Part shown: in pieces, positions 37,673-47,444 of the stretch | How the letters are laid out: the number at the start of each line of letters is the position of its first letter | How positions within the stretch are numbered: position 1 is the stretch's first letter | Assembly: GCA_963837445.1 (NCBI GenBank) | Contig: CAWINK010000014.1 | Coordinates: 9,487 to 73,486, forward strand | DNA length: 64,000 bases | Origin: an uncultured Thermoleophilaceae bacterium | GTDB lineage: Bacteria > Actinomycetota > Thermoleophilia > Solirubrobacterales > Thermoleophilaceae | Direction: 5' to 3' | Notes under the pieces: model-generated | Database searches by the model: none | Seen by the model: only the letters and a program-made list of their open reading frames with translations | Told to the model about the DNA's origin: nothing | Made by a program: the position numbers and the translations under genes

Positions 37673-38674
37673 ATGCGCCGGCGCGACCTGACGGTGGTCG
37701 CATCGATCGTCGCCAGCGCCGTGCTCGTGGTCGTGCTCGTGCGCAAGTGGGACGAGCTCGAGGCCGGCATCACCGGTGCCGCCGCCGGCGTGATCGCGCT
37801 GGCGATCGCCCTCCAGGTCCTGGCGCTGGTCTCGCGCAGCGAGGCCTGGCGCGTGTGCGTGAACGCCTCAGGCGGGACCGTGAGCCGTCGCAAGCTGTAC
37901 CGAGCGTCGAGCTTCGGCTGCGTCGGCCAGCTCCTGAACAGCCAGCTCGGCACCGCGGCGCGCATCGCGGCGCTGCGGCGCTCAGCGCCGGAGGAGACGC
38001 CGCGGGTGCCCGCCCTGATCGCGGCCGAGCTGCCGATTCTCTTCGTCGAGGCCGCGCTTGCCGCGCTCACGTCGTTCACCCTTGTCGGGCCGCTCGGCCT
38101 GCCCTGGTGGACTCCGATCCTCTGCGTCGCGGCCGTGGGCTGCGTGGGACTGGCGTTCAGGAGCATCGCGATCGCGCAGGCACGCTGGCTGCGCAAGGGC
38201 CTGTCGGTGCTGCGCTCGCAGCAGGGCAGCCAGCGTCTGGTCGGCTTCGTGCTGATCGCGGTGTTCGCCCAGATCGCGCGCAACTGGCTGTTGCTGAACG
38301 CCGTCGGGGTGGACGCGTCGGTATTCGACGCGATCGCCGTGCTGATCGCGGTGGTCTCGCTCGGCCAGCTGCCGTTCGGGTTGAGCGTGGGTGCCGCCGC
38401 GGCGGTGCTGATCCTCGGCCCCCAGGGCGTGGCCGCTGCCACGGCGGCCGGCGTGCTGCTCACCGCCACCGGCACCGTGGGCGGCCTCACATTCGCCGCG
38501 TGGGCCGCGCTCGACCTGCTGGCGGTGCGCTGGCTGGCGCCGATACCCGCAGGAGGCCCATGGTCGGCCCTGGCTGCACTTCCGATCGCGCGCCGGCGAG
38601 CCATCGAGGGCTGCTACTTCGGAGGCCTCAGCCACCTACAGATCACGCGCGTGCTCGGTGTGGCGACCGCCTAG
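37673..38674 (+). CDS. UPF0104 / flippase-like (LPG-synthase TM-region-like) membrane protein
   Basis: 333-aa polytopic protein. It has RKWDELEAGI..., then YRASSFGCVGQLLNSQLGTAARIAALRR, typical of the family. Confidence 0.65.
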   Translation: MRRRDLTVVASIVASAVLVVVLVRKWDELEAGITGAAAGVIALAIALQVLALVSRSEAWRVCVNASGGTVSRRKLYRASSFGCVGQLLNSQLGTAARIAALRRSAPEETPRVPALIAAELPILFVEAALAALTSFTLVGPLGLPWWTPILCVAAVGCVGLAFRSIAIAQARWLRKGLSVLRSQQGSQRLVGFVLIAVFAQIARNWLLLNAVGVDASVFDAIAVLIAVVSLGQLPFGLSVGAAAAVLILGPQGVAAATAAGVLLTATGTVGGLTFAAWAALDLLAVRWLAPIPAGGPWSALAALPIARRRAIEGCYFGGLSHLQITRVLGVATA

Positions 38675-38702
38675 CCAGCACAGGGTGGGTTAGGATCGAT
38701 TT

Positions 38703-39224
38703 ATGGCTGAAGAAGTAGCGCTCGCAGGCACCGAGGCAAGGGCGAAGCTCCGCAACCCGTGGGCGGTGCTGGGGCTGAGCATCATCACCATCGGCATCTA
38801 CTACGCCTTCTGGTGGTACTTCATCAACCGGGAGATGCGCGACTTCGGTCGCGCCCGCGGCACCGACCTCGGCCAGAATCCCGGCAACTCGGTTCTGGCG
38901 CTCACGCTGGGTGCCCTGATCATCGTTCCCGCGATCGTCACGCTGTGGACCACCTGCGACCGGATTCAGCGCACGGAGGAGACCGCCGGCGTGGAGCGCC
39001 CGGCGAGCGGGCCGATCATCTTCATCCTGTTGCTGCTGATCGGGCCGGTGGGCATCTGGTACGCGGCAAGCGAGCTCAACAAGGCGTGGACCGCGCAGGC
39101 CGGCGCCGGCGGAGCAGCGAGCCTGCCGCCGAGCGAGGCAGCCCAGCCCGCTCCGCCACCGCCGCCCGCGCCGGCGGAGCAGCGGCCCGAGGCGCCGGGG
39201 CAGGGCCCGCAGGCGCCGAGCTAG
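38703..39224 (+). CDS. DUF4234-like membrane protein with a Pro-rich tail
   Basis: RNPWAVLGLSIITIGIYYAFWWYFINREM is the DUF4234 signature. Tail PPPPPAPAEQRPEAPGQGPQAPS. Confidence 0.6.
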   Translation: MAEEVALAGTEARAKLRNPWAVLGLSIITIGIYYAFWWYFINREMRDFGRARGTDLGQNPGNSVLALTLGALIIVPAIVTLWTTCDRIQRTEETAGVERPASGPIIFILLLLIGPVGIWYAASELNKAWTAQAGAGGAASLPPSEAAQPAPPPPPAPAEQRPEAPGQGPQAPS

Positions 39225-39536
39225 TCAGTACCGAAGACCTTCGGCCCGCAGAGCCGAGCGCTCGTCCCCGTAGTCCTTGAAGCGCCAGAGCAGGCCGTCG
39301 CGGAACTCTGCGATGACCGCCGTGGGCACGTCGGTCTCGATCCCGCTCACCTTGGCGCGCATCCGGATGGATCCGATCGCGAGCACGTGGTCGCCGCGGT
39401 CACGCACGTCGGTGTAGGACGCCTGGAACACCTCGAACATCTCCTCGGTGTCGGCGATGAAGTGCCGCATGCCCTCGTGGCCCACGAACGCCCCCTCGGT
39501 GCCACGCTGGAAGGCGTCCACGATCTCCTGCGACAT
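39225..39536 (-). CDS. SnoaL-like / NTF2-fold protein (short form)
   Basis: 103 aa. The C-terminal two-thirds parallel the 4860 product, but about 25 residues after the AF(N/Q)RG motif are missing. Confidence 0.55.
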   Translation of the reverse strand: MSQEIVDAFQRGTEGAFVGHEGMRHFIADTEEMFEVFQASYTDVRDRGDHVLAIGSIRMRAKVSGIETDVPTAVIAEFRDGLLWRFKDYGDERSALRAEGLRY

Positions 39537-39576
39537 GGAGGCGAAAGTACTCCAAGCCGCCAGGACGGGCTGAACG

Positions 39577-39840
39577 CTAGTCGGGGTCGAGCCCGTCGAG
39601 GGCGACCGTCGCGTCCCCGTACTGGTCCGGGGGGACGCGCAGGGCGATGTCTCCGCGCGAGAAGCGGTCGAGCGGGTGGTCCGCGGTCAGCTCGGCCACG
39701 AGCCCAAGATCACGGAGGCCATCGCGGAAGGCGAGCCCGGTCTCGAGCTCCTCGTAGTCCGCAACGACCTCCCAGTCGTCGAAGCGCGGGTCCCCGATGT
39801 GCACCTGCACGCTCTGCCCACGGCGGCCAAAGAACCTCAT
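39577..39840 (-). CDS. hypothetical small acidic protein
   Basis: 87 aa from the internal ATG at 39838-39840. The upstream tracked residues are shadow of the plus-strand gene. Confidence 0.4.
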   Translation of the reverse strand: MRFFGRRGQSVQVHIGDPRFDDWEVVADYEELETGLAFRDGLRDLGLVAELTADHPLDRFSRGDIALRVPPDQYGDATVALDGLDPD

Positions 39841-39912
39841 CTGGCAAAGCTTTACCAATTCTTGTCTGCGACCTGTCCAGGGCATGGGGAGGGCCCCGCG
39901 ATATTTGGTCCC

Positions 39913-40236
39913 ATGAGACTGATCGCACTCCTCACAGCCCTGGTTCTCTCCCTGTCGGTCGCCGTGACCACTGCTTCGGCCGCCACCCAGTACGAGGGGA
40001 CCGTCGTATCCATCAACAAGGACAAGCGGACCTTCCGCCTGAACGACTCCGAGCGCGGCACGATCCGCATCAAGGTCACCCGCAACACGCGCTTCGAGCG
40101 GATCAACGGGTTCAGCGGCCTGCGTGTCGGCATGAACCGCGTCGAATCGATCGTGAAGCGCTCCAACGGGCGCTGGGTCGCCATCGAGGTCGAGCGCTCC
40201 GGCGGCGGCGGCCGCCACGGCGGTGATGACGACTAG
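39913..40236 (+). CDS. small secreted protein with a Gly-rich DDD C-terminus
   Basis: Signal peptide MRLIALLTALVLSLSVAVTTASA, a beta-rich core, and tail VERSGGGGRHGGDDD-stop. Confidence 0.6.
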   Translation: MRLIALLTALVLSLSVAVTTASAATQYEGTVVSINKDKRTFRLNDSERGTIRIKVTRNTRFERINGFSGLRVGMNRVESIVKRSNGRWVAIEVERSGGGGRHGGDDD

Positions 40237-40254
40237 GTCGCGCAAAGGATGACT

Positions 40255-40268
40255 AGCGTTGGGGCACC

Positions 40269-40281
<13 letters not shown>
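40255..40281 (+). promoter_or_regulatory. perfect 13-bp inverted repeat enclosing the typA start codon
   Basis: agcgttggggcac-c-gtgccccaacgct. The right arm starts with the GTG start (40269-40271). The left arm contains the only G-rich SD-like stretch. Confidence 0.5.
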
Positions 40282-42116
<1,835 letters not shown>

Positions 42117-42124
42117 GCCGCGCG

Positions 42125-42295
42125 TCAGAGCAGCCAGACGATGAGCAGGATGATGAGCGCGACGCCGACGCCGATCCCGGTGATCGAGAGCGGCGTGCGG
42201 TTGTCGGCCCAGAAGCCGGGGTTCGCACGCGAGGCCGAGTGATGGCCCTCGGGCGGTGTGCCGGTCCAGTCGTCGTCGTCGTCCCACGAGCTCAT
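42125..42295 (-). CDS. small single-pass membrane protein
   Basis: MSSWDDDDDW...ITGIGVGVALIILLIVWLL, 56 aa from an internal ATG. Confidence 0.4.
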   Translation of the reverse strand: MSSWDDDDDWTGTPPEGHHSASRANPGFWADNRTPLSITGIGVGVALIILLIVWLL

Positions 42296-42360
42296 GGTTC
42301 CGCACGGTACCGACCGGGTAGGCAAGGGGTTCGTTACTCGAAAGGGAGGCATCAAGACAG

Positions 42361-43137
42361 ATGGCGAATCCGAACGCCAGGGACACCAAGCTGATCCAGT
42401 ACCTCAACGAGGCGTACGGCAAAGAGAAGGAGCTCGAGACCGCCCTCGAGGCTCATATCGCCATGACGACCCGGACGCCGTACAAGAAGCGGCTTCGTGA
42501 GCATCTGAAGGAGACCAAGGGACACTCGCGTCAGCTGAAGACGCGCATCCGCGAGCTCGGCGGCAAGGCGGAGGCCGGCCCCGTGAGCTCGGGTCCCACG
42601 CCGGTCGTGGAGGCGGCTTCCACGCTCACGTCCGTGGCCAGCAAGGCCGTGGCCGCGGCGCAGGGTCCGCTGCACGCGATCCGCGGCACCGGCGGGGCCG
42701 AGAAGATGCTCAAGAACGCGAAGACCGAGTACCACAACGAGTTCGAGGAGATCGCCACCTACACGGGCATCGAGGCGCTCGCGGAGGCCGTGAACGACAA
42801 GGAGACGGCCAAGCTCGCCCGCGGCATTCGTCGCGAGGAGGAGCGCATGGCGAAGTTCCTCGAGAAGCAGATCCCGCAGCTCGCGAAGGCGGTGGCGAAG
42901 GAGGAGATCCCGGCCGCCGAGCGTCGCAACGGCCGGTCGCGGTCGAGCTCACGGCGCTCGTCGTCGAGCAGCTCACGCAGCGCGTCGAACGGCTCGAGCC
43001 GCTCGTCGAGCAGCACCAAGAAGGCGCGCTCGGGCTCGGCGTCGAGCCGGTCCAAGAAGGCGCGCTCGGGTTCGTCCTCGAGCCGCCCCAAGGCGCGGTC
43101 GCGCTCGGGCTCCTCGTCGAGGTCCCGCTCCAAGTAG
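42361..43137 (+). CDS. DUF892/YciE-YciF-type ferritin-like protein with a long Arg/Ser-rich tail
   Basis: KLIQYLNEAYGKEKELETALEAHI...LKETKGHSRQL...NAKTEYHNEFEEIATY. About 75 C-terminal residues are almost only S, R and K. GGGAGG lies 11 nt upstream of the ATG. Confidence 0.75.
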   Translation: MANPNARDTKLIQYLNEAYGKEKELETALEAHIAMTTRTPYKKRLREHLKETKGHSRQLKTRIRELGGKAEAGPVSSGPTPVVEAASTLTSVASKAVAAAQGPLHAIRGTGGAEKMLKNAKTEYHNEFEEIATYTGIEALAEAVNDKETAKLARGIRREEERMAKFLEKQIPQLAKAVAKEEIPAAERRNGRSRSSSRRSSSSSSRSASNGSSRSSSSTKKARSGSASSRSKKARSGSSSSRPKARSRSGSSSRSRSK

Positions 43138-43143
43138 CAGCGA

Positions 43144-43175
43144 GAGCCCGCCCGCCCTCGCCGGCGGGCGGGCTC
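43144..43175 (+). terminator. GC-rich hairpin (13-bp perfect stem, 6-nt loop) after the DUF892 gene
   Basis: gagcccgcccgcc-ctcgcc-ggcgggcgggctc. There is no U-tract, as is common in high-GC actinobacteria. Confidence 0.45.
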
Positions 43176-43187
43176 CGACTTCAGGGC

Positions 43188-43670
43188 ATGAGCGAAGCGA
43201 AAAGCGAAGACACGAGAGACAACGAATCCGAGCAGGAACGGCTCGATCGCAACCTCGAGCAGCTTCTCGGCGAGTTGCGCGTTGCGCTGCCGGGGGTCCA
43301 GGTGCTGTTCGCGTTCCTGCTCGTCGTTCCGTTCAACCAGCGCTTCGCGGACATCACGAGCTTCCAGCAGACCGTCTACTTCGTGACCCTCCTGTGCGCC
43401 ACCGCGGCCACCGCGTGCCTGATCGCGCCGACCGCCCACCACCGCATCGAGTTCCGCCAGCAGGACAAGAAGCGCATCGTCATGGGCGGCAACCGGCTGA
43501 CCATCGTCGGCCTGGCGCTGCTCGCGTCCGCCATGACCGGGGCGATCACGCTGATCACCGACTTCCTCTACAGCTCGACGACGGTGACCGTGACTGCGGG
43601 ACTCGTTGCACTCATGTTCCTGATCCTCTGGTACGCGATACCGATCCGGCGCCTGATCGCGCAGGACTAG
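43188..43670 (+). CDS. DUF6328-like membrane protein
   Basis: LEQLLGELRVALPGVQVLFAFLLVVPFNQRF matches the family signature. 160 aa. Confidence 0.65.
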   Translation: MSEAKSEDTRDNESEQERLDRNLEQLLGELRVALPGVQVLFAFLLVVPFNQRFADITSFQQTVYFVTLLCATAATACLIAPTAHHRIEFRQQDKKRIVMGGNRLTIVGLALLASAMTGAITLITDFLYSSTTVTVTAGLVALMFLILWYAIPIRRLIAQD

Positions 43671-44434
43671 CGGAGCGAGCGCGCCAGCTCCAGCGCGCGC
43701 TCGCGGCTGAAGGCTCCCTCCAGGCGCACCAACAGGTCGCCGCGCTCCAGGAGCAGCACGTTGCCCGCGAGGCGCAGCTCGCTCTCGGCGAAGTCGGAGT
43801 CGGGCGGGCGGTAGAAGAACAGGTGCGGGGCGCCCTCGATCCAGACGGCGCGGTCGCCGTCCACGCTCAGGCGTTCGATGCGCGTGGTCTCGCCCGCGAT
43901 CTTGCCGAGGTAATCCGGCGCGAGGTCGCCGCGGAACTCGCCGACCAGGAGCCCCAGGCCCGTGCTGCTTGCCTCGGGCAGCCCGCTTCTCGGCCGGTAG
44001 GCGAGCGACAGCTCGCCGCCGGCCACTCGCGGGTTCACGAAGACGGCGGTCGGGCGTCCGGCTGCGCCCGGCACGAGCGGCTCGAAGCCGAGCGACTCGC
44101 GGGCGCGGTCGATCGTGGTGCGGGTGCCGAGCTCGAGTGGGCGCAGCTCTGGGACCTGCGGCAGCTCGTCGCGGCGCTCCACGGTCGCGCCCTGGAGCCC
44201 GAAGAACTCGAGCACCGCGTCGCGCACGTCGGGCACGGCGGCCACGACGCCGCCGGCCAGCAGGAGAAGCGAGGCGAGTGCGATGGCCAGGGACCTGCGG
44301 AAGACGATCGGACGCCTGCGGCGCGCGGGCGCGGGCGACTCAAGGCGCTGGCGAACGCCCGAGACGAGGTCGGGGGTCTCCGGCCAGTCGAACTCGCGAC
44401 CGAGCTGGGTGAGGCGCTGCTCGAGCTCGCTCAT
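43667..44434 (-). CDS. putative anti-sigma / regulatory single-pass membrane protein
   Basis: MSELEQRLTQLGREFDWPETPDL... with one TM (LAIALASLLLLAGGVVAAV). The ATG overlaps the stop of the upstream ECF sigma gene (ATGA). Confidence 0.55.
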   Translation of the reverse strand: MSELEQRLTQLGREFDWPETPDLVSGVRQRLESPAPARRRRPIVFRRSLAIALASLLLLAGGVVAAVPDVRDAVLEFFGLQGATVERRDELPQVPELRPLELGTRTTIDRARESLGFEPLVPGAAGRPTAVFVNPRVAGGELSLAYRPRSGLPEASSTGLGLLVGEFRGDLAPDYLGKIAGETTRIERLSVDGDRAVWIEGAPHLFFYRPPDSDFAESELRLAGNVLLLERGDLLVRLEGAFSRERALELARSLR

Positions 44435-44991
44435 GCCTCCACCTCCCCCAGCTCCAGTCGCAGGCGCTCGAGCGCGCGTGCGAGACGTGACTTGACGGTG
44501 CCGCGCGGGCAGTCGAGCGCCGCGGCGGTCTCCTCCTCGCTCAGTTCGAGCAGGTAGCGGCAGGCGATCGCCTCGCGGGCCGGCTCCGGGAGGCGCTCGA
44601 TCGCGGCGAGGAGCTGGTCGCGTTGCTCGGAGTCGAGGAGCGCCGCCTCGGGCGACGGGACCGCGTCGTCCGGGCGGCGCTCCTCGACCACGCGCTGCGC
44701 GATGCGCACATGCCGTCCGGCTCCGCGCACGCGGTTGCGGGCCTCGTTCGCCACGATCGCGAGCAGCCAGGGCCGGAACGGCGAGCCCTCGCGGAACCGC
44801 GACAGCGCGGCGTGCGCCTTCACGAAGCCGTCCTGAGCGGCCTCCTCCGCGTCCGCCTCCGAGCGAGTGATCACCCACGCAGTCCGGAACGCAATCGCCT
44901 GATGCCGTCTCACGATCTCCTCATAGGCATTCAGCTCACCGCGCTTTGCGCGCGCGATCAGCTCCGCTTCCTGTGGTGGCCGGTCCTCCAC
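44431..44991 (-). CDS. ECF-family RNA polymerase sigma factor
   Basis: AYEEIVRRHQAIAFRTAWVITRSEADAEEAAQDGFVKA (region 2) and REAIACRYLLELSEEETAAALDCPRGTVKSRLARALERL (region 4). GTG start at 44989-44991. Confidence 0.85.
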   Translation of the reverse strand: MEDRPPQEAELIARAKRGELNAYEEIVRRHQAIAFRTAWVITRSEADAEEAAQDGFVKAHAALSRFREGSPFRPWLLAIVANEARNRVRGAGRHVRIAQRVVEERRPDDAVPSPEAALLDSEQRDQLLAAIERLPEPAREAIACRYLLELSEEETAAALDCPRGTVKSRLARALERLRLELGEVEA

Positions 44992-45039
44992 CGTGCCCTT
45001 AGTACAACGTGCGCGGCGGACCGGTTCCGGAGCCCCCGT

Positions 45040-46257
45040 ATGCTTTCCCGGCTCGCCGGACCCGCGGACGCCGTGACCACGCAACTCATCGACTCGCTGC
45101 GAATCGAGAGGGAAATCCTCTGGGTGCGGCCCTGCTCGGAGTTCGGAAGCCGCTACCTGGCCGACGACTTCTGGGTCGCCTACGACGAGCGGGTGGACCT
45201 GGACACCGTGAGCGAGGCCGTGGCACTGATGCCGTTCGTGCTCAGCATCGCCCCGGTGGCGTGGGCCTCGGGAGACCACTGGACCGTGCCGGAGCTCGAC
45301 GCTGTGCAGGCCGCCTCGCTCCCCGCCGCGCAAGCGACACTGCGTCGGTGGTATCCGCGCCTCCCGTGGGACGGCGAGCTCCTGGCCGAGCGGGTGACCG
45401 AGATGCCCGCTCGCGGCGGAGGAGCGGATGTGATCGTCTTCAGCGGCGGGCTCGACTCCACCTACAGCGCGCTCTCCGAGCCACCCGGCCGGGCGCTGCT
45501 GCTCCTGCGCGGCCTCGACGTGGCGCTCGACAACGGCCCGGGCTGGACGCGCGTCCGGCGCGAGGCGCAGGCGCTCGCGGAGCGCGCGGGACACACGCTC
45601 GTGACCGCGGAGACGAGCCTTCGGCGCCACCTCCGGCGCGACGTGGTCGACAGTCTCCACGGACGGGACGGCGGCTGGTGGGGACAGGTGCAGCACGGGC
45701 TGGCGCTCGCGGGACTGGCCATACCCGTGGCGGCCAGCTCCGGCGCGCGCAGGGTGCTCATTCCGGCCACCCTCTCGCGGGACAGCGCGCCGCCGCTCGG
45801 CTCGGCCCCGGAGCTCGACGAGAACGCACGCTGGAGCGGCGGCGAGGTGGTGCATCACGGGTTCGAGCTCACGCGCCACCAGAAGCTCCAATGGATTCTC
45901 GGCCGCTGCGACGAGATCGGCCCCGTCTTCCTGCGCGTTTGCTACTCCGCCCCGCACGGCGCCGGCGACAACTGCATGCAGTGCGAGAAGTGCCTGCGAA
46001 CCGCCGTAGCGGTGATGATCGAGGGACGCGACCCGTTGCCCTTCGGCTTTCCGCTCGCCCCGCGCACGATCGAGCGGAGGTTTCGGGACGGTTTCGACAA
46101 CGGCACCTTCGAGGACATGGCGGCCACTCGGCCGCTCTGGGCGCAGCTTCGCGCCCGCGCCGGTGAGCAGGCGGGGCTGCTCTCCCCCGGCTTCCGGGAC
46201 TGGCTCCTCGCGGATACGCGCGGCGCTTTGGCTCCAAACGTGGCGCCGGTCCCATGA
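45040..46257 (+). CDS. QueC-like PP-loop ATPase with a ~130-aa N-terminal extension
   Basis: The PP-loop VIVFSGGLDSTYS is at residues 131-143. About 165 aa later comes the Cys cluster CYSAPHGAGDNCMQCEKCLRT (C-x10-C-x2-C-x2-C), like the QueC zinc site. ATG at 45040 within the tracked ORF. Confidence 0.6.
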   Translation: MLSRLAGPADAVTTQLIDSLRIEREILWVRPCSEFGSRYLADDFWVAYDERVDLDTVSEAVALMPFVLSIAPVAWASGDHWTVPELDAVQAASLPAAQATLRRWYPRLPWDGELLAERVTEMPARGGGADVIVFSGGLDSTYSALSEPPGRALLLLRGLDVALDNGPGWTRVRREAQALAERAGHTLVTAETSLRRHLRRDVVDSLHGRDGGWWGQVQHGLALAGLAIPVAASSGARRVLIPATLSRDSAPPLGSAPELDENARWSGGEVVHHGFELTRHQKLQWILGRCDEIGPVFLRVCYSAPHGAGDNCMQCEKCLRTAVAVMIEGRDPLPFGFPLAPRTIERRFRDGFDNGTFEDMAATRPLWAQLRARAGEQAGLLSPGFRDWLLADTRGALAPNVAPVP

Positions 46258-47444
46258 GAGTCGTCGTCACGAACTGCGTGTCTATGAACGGCGGAGACGC
46301 CGCGATCCTCCAGGGGATCGACGAAATCCTCCGCCACGCGCTGGGGCCCGGGCTCGAGATGACCGTTCACGACGACTATCCGGCGAGCGCCGCGCACCAC
46401 GTGCCGTTCGACGTCCACCCGCAGCTCCAGTCGCTCGCTGGGCGCGCACGCTCGCGGCGCGCGCTGGAGCGGCAACTGGACCCGGGCGAGGGACGAGCGC
46501 TCCTGGACCGCTATGCCTCCGCGGACCTGATCGTGAGCACGGGAGGCACCTACCTCACGGACAACTACGACGTGGCTCCGCGCATCCGGGAGTTGGAGCT
46601 GGCTGCCGCGCTGCGGCGCCCGCTCGTCCTCTTCACCCAGTCCATCGGCCCGCTCTGGCGCCGAAGTACGCGGCGCGCGCTGCGGCGCGGGCTCTCAGGC
46701 GCACGCCTGGTGCTCGTGCGCGACGAGTCCTCGCGCGAGGAGCTCGCCCGCGCTCGGGTCCGGGGACCCCGAACCGCGCTTGCAGCAGACGCCGCGTTCG
46801 CGCTCGCCAGCCCGGACGCGCTCGCCGAGGCCTGCGTTCCGCGGCCAGCGGCCGAGCGCCCCGAGGTCTCCATTTCGGTCAGGGCGTGGAGCCATTTTCC
46901 GAACGGCGACGGCCGGGTGCGGCTCGAGCGCTACCTCGAAGCGATCGCGGGGCTCGTGCGCCATCTGGTCGTTCGCCGGGGCGCGCGCGTCACGTTCATC
47001 TCCACCTGCCAGGGCGTGCCCTCCTACCCGCACGACGACTCGGTCGTGGCGGACACGATCGCGGCCCGCCTCCCCGGCTCCGTGCTCGCCCACGTGCGGG
47101 TGGACCGCGATTTCCACGACCCCCGTGAACTGGTGGCCCGGCTGGGCGCCTCGGACCTGGTGGTGGCCACTCGGATGCATGCGGCGATCCTCGCGCTCGC
47201 GGGTGGGGCCCCGATCCTGCCGATCGCCTACGAACAGAAGATGGTCGGCCTCGCCGGGCAGCTCGGCCTTCAGCACGCGCTGCACGACATGGCGAGCATC
47301 TCGACGCGCGCGCTCTGCGCCAGCGCCGACGAGCTGCTCGAGAGCTCCGGCGCGCTGCGCCCGGCGCTGTTTGCCCGGGTGGAGCAGCAACGACTGAGCG
47401 CGCTCGCATCCGGCGAGCTCCTGCGAGAGGCACTGGCAGCTTGA
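46254..47444 (+). CDS. polysaccharide pyruvyl transferase family protein
   Basis: NCVSMNGGDAAILQGI...LIVSTGGTYLTDNY...LVVATRMHAAILALAGGAPILPIAYEQK. 4-nt overlaps with both neighbours. Confidence 0.8.
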   Translation: MRVVVTNCVSMNGGDAAILQGIDEILRHALGPGLEMTVHDDYPASAAHHVPFDVHPQLQSLAGRARSRRALERQLDPGEGRALLDRYASADLIVSTGGTYLTDNYDVAPRIRELELAAALRRPLVLFTQSIGPLWRRSTRRALRRGLSGARLVLVRDESSREELARARVRGPRTALAADAAFALASPDALAEACVPRPAAERPEVSISVRAWSHFPNGDGRVRLERYLEAIAGLVRHLVVRRGARVTFISTCQGVPSYPHDDSVVADTIAARLPGSVLAHVRVDRDFHDPRELVARLGASDLVVATRMHAAILALAGGAPILPIAYEQKMVGLAGQLGLQHALHDMASISTRALCASADELLESSGALRPALFARVEQQRLSALASGELLREALAA

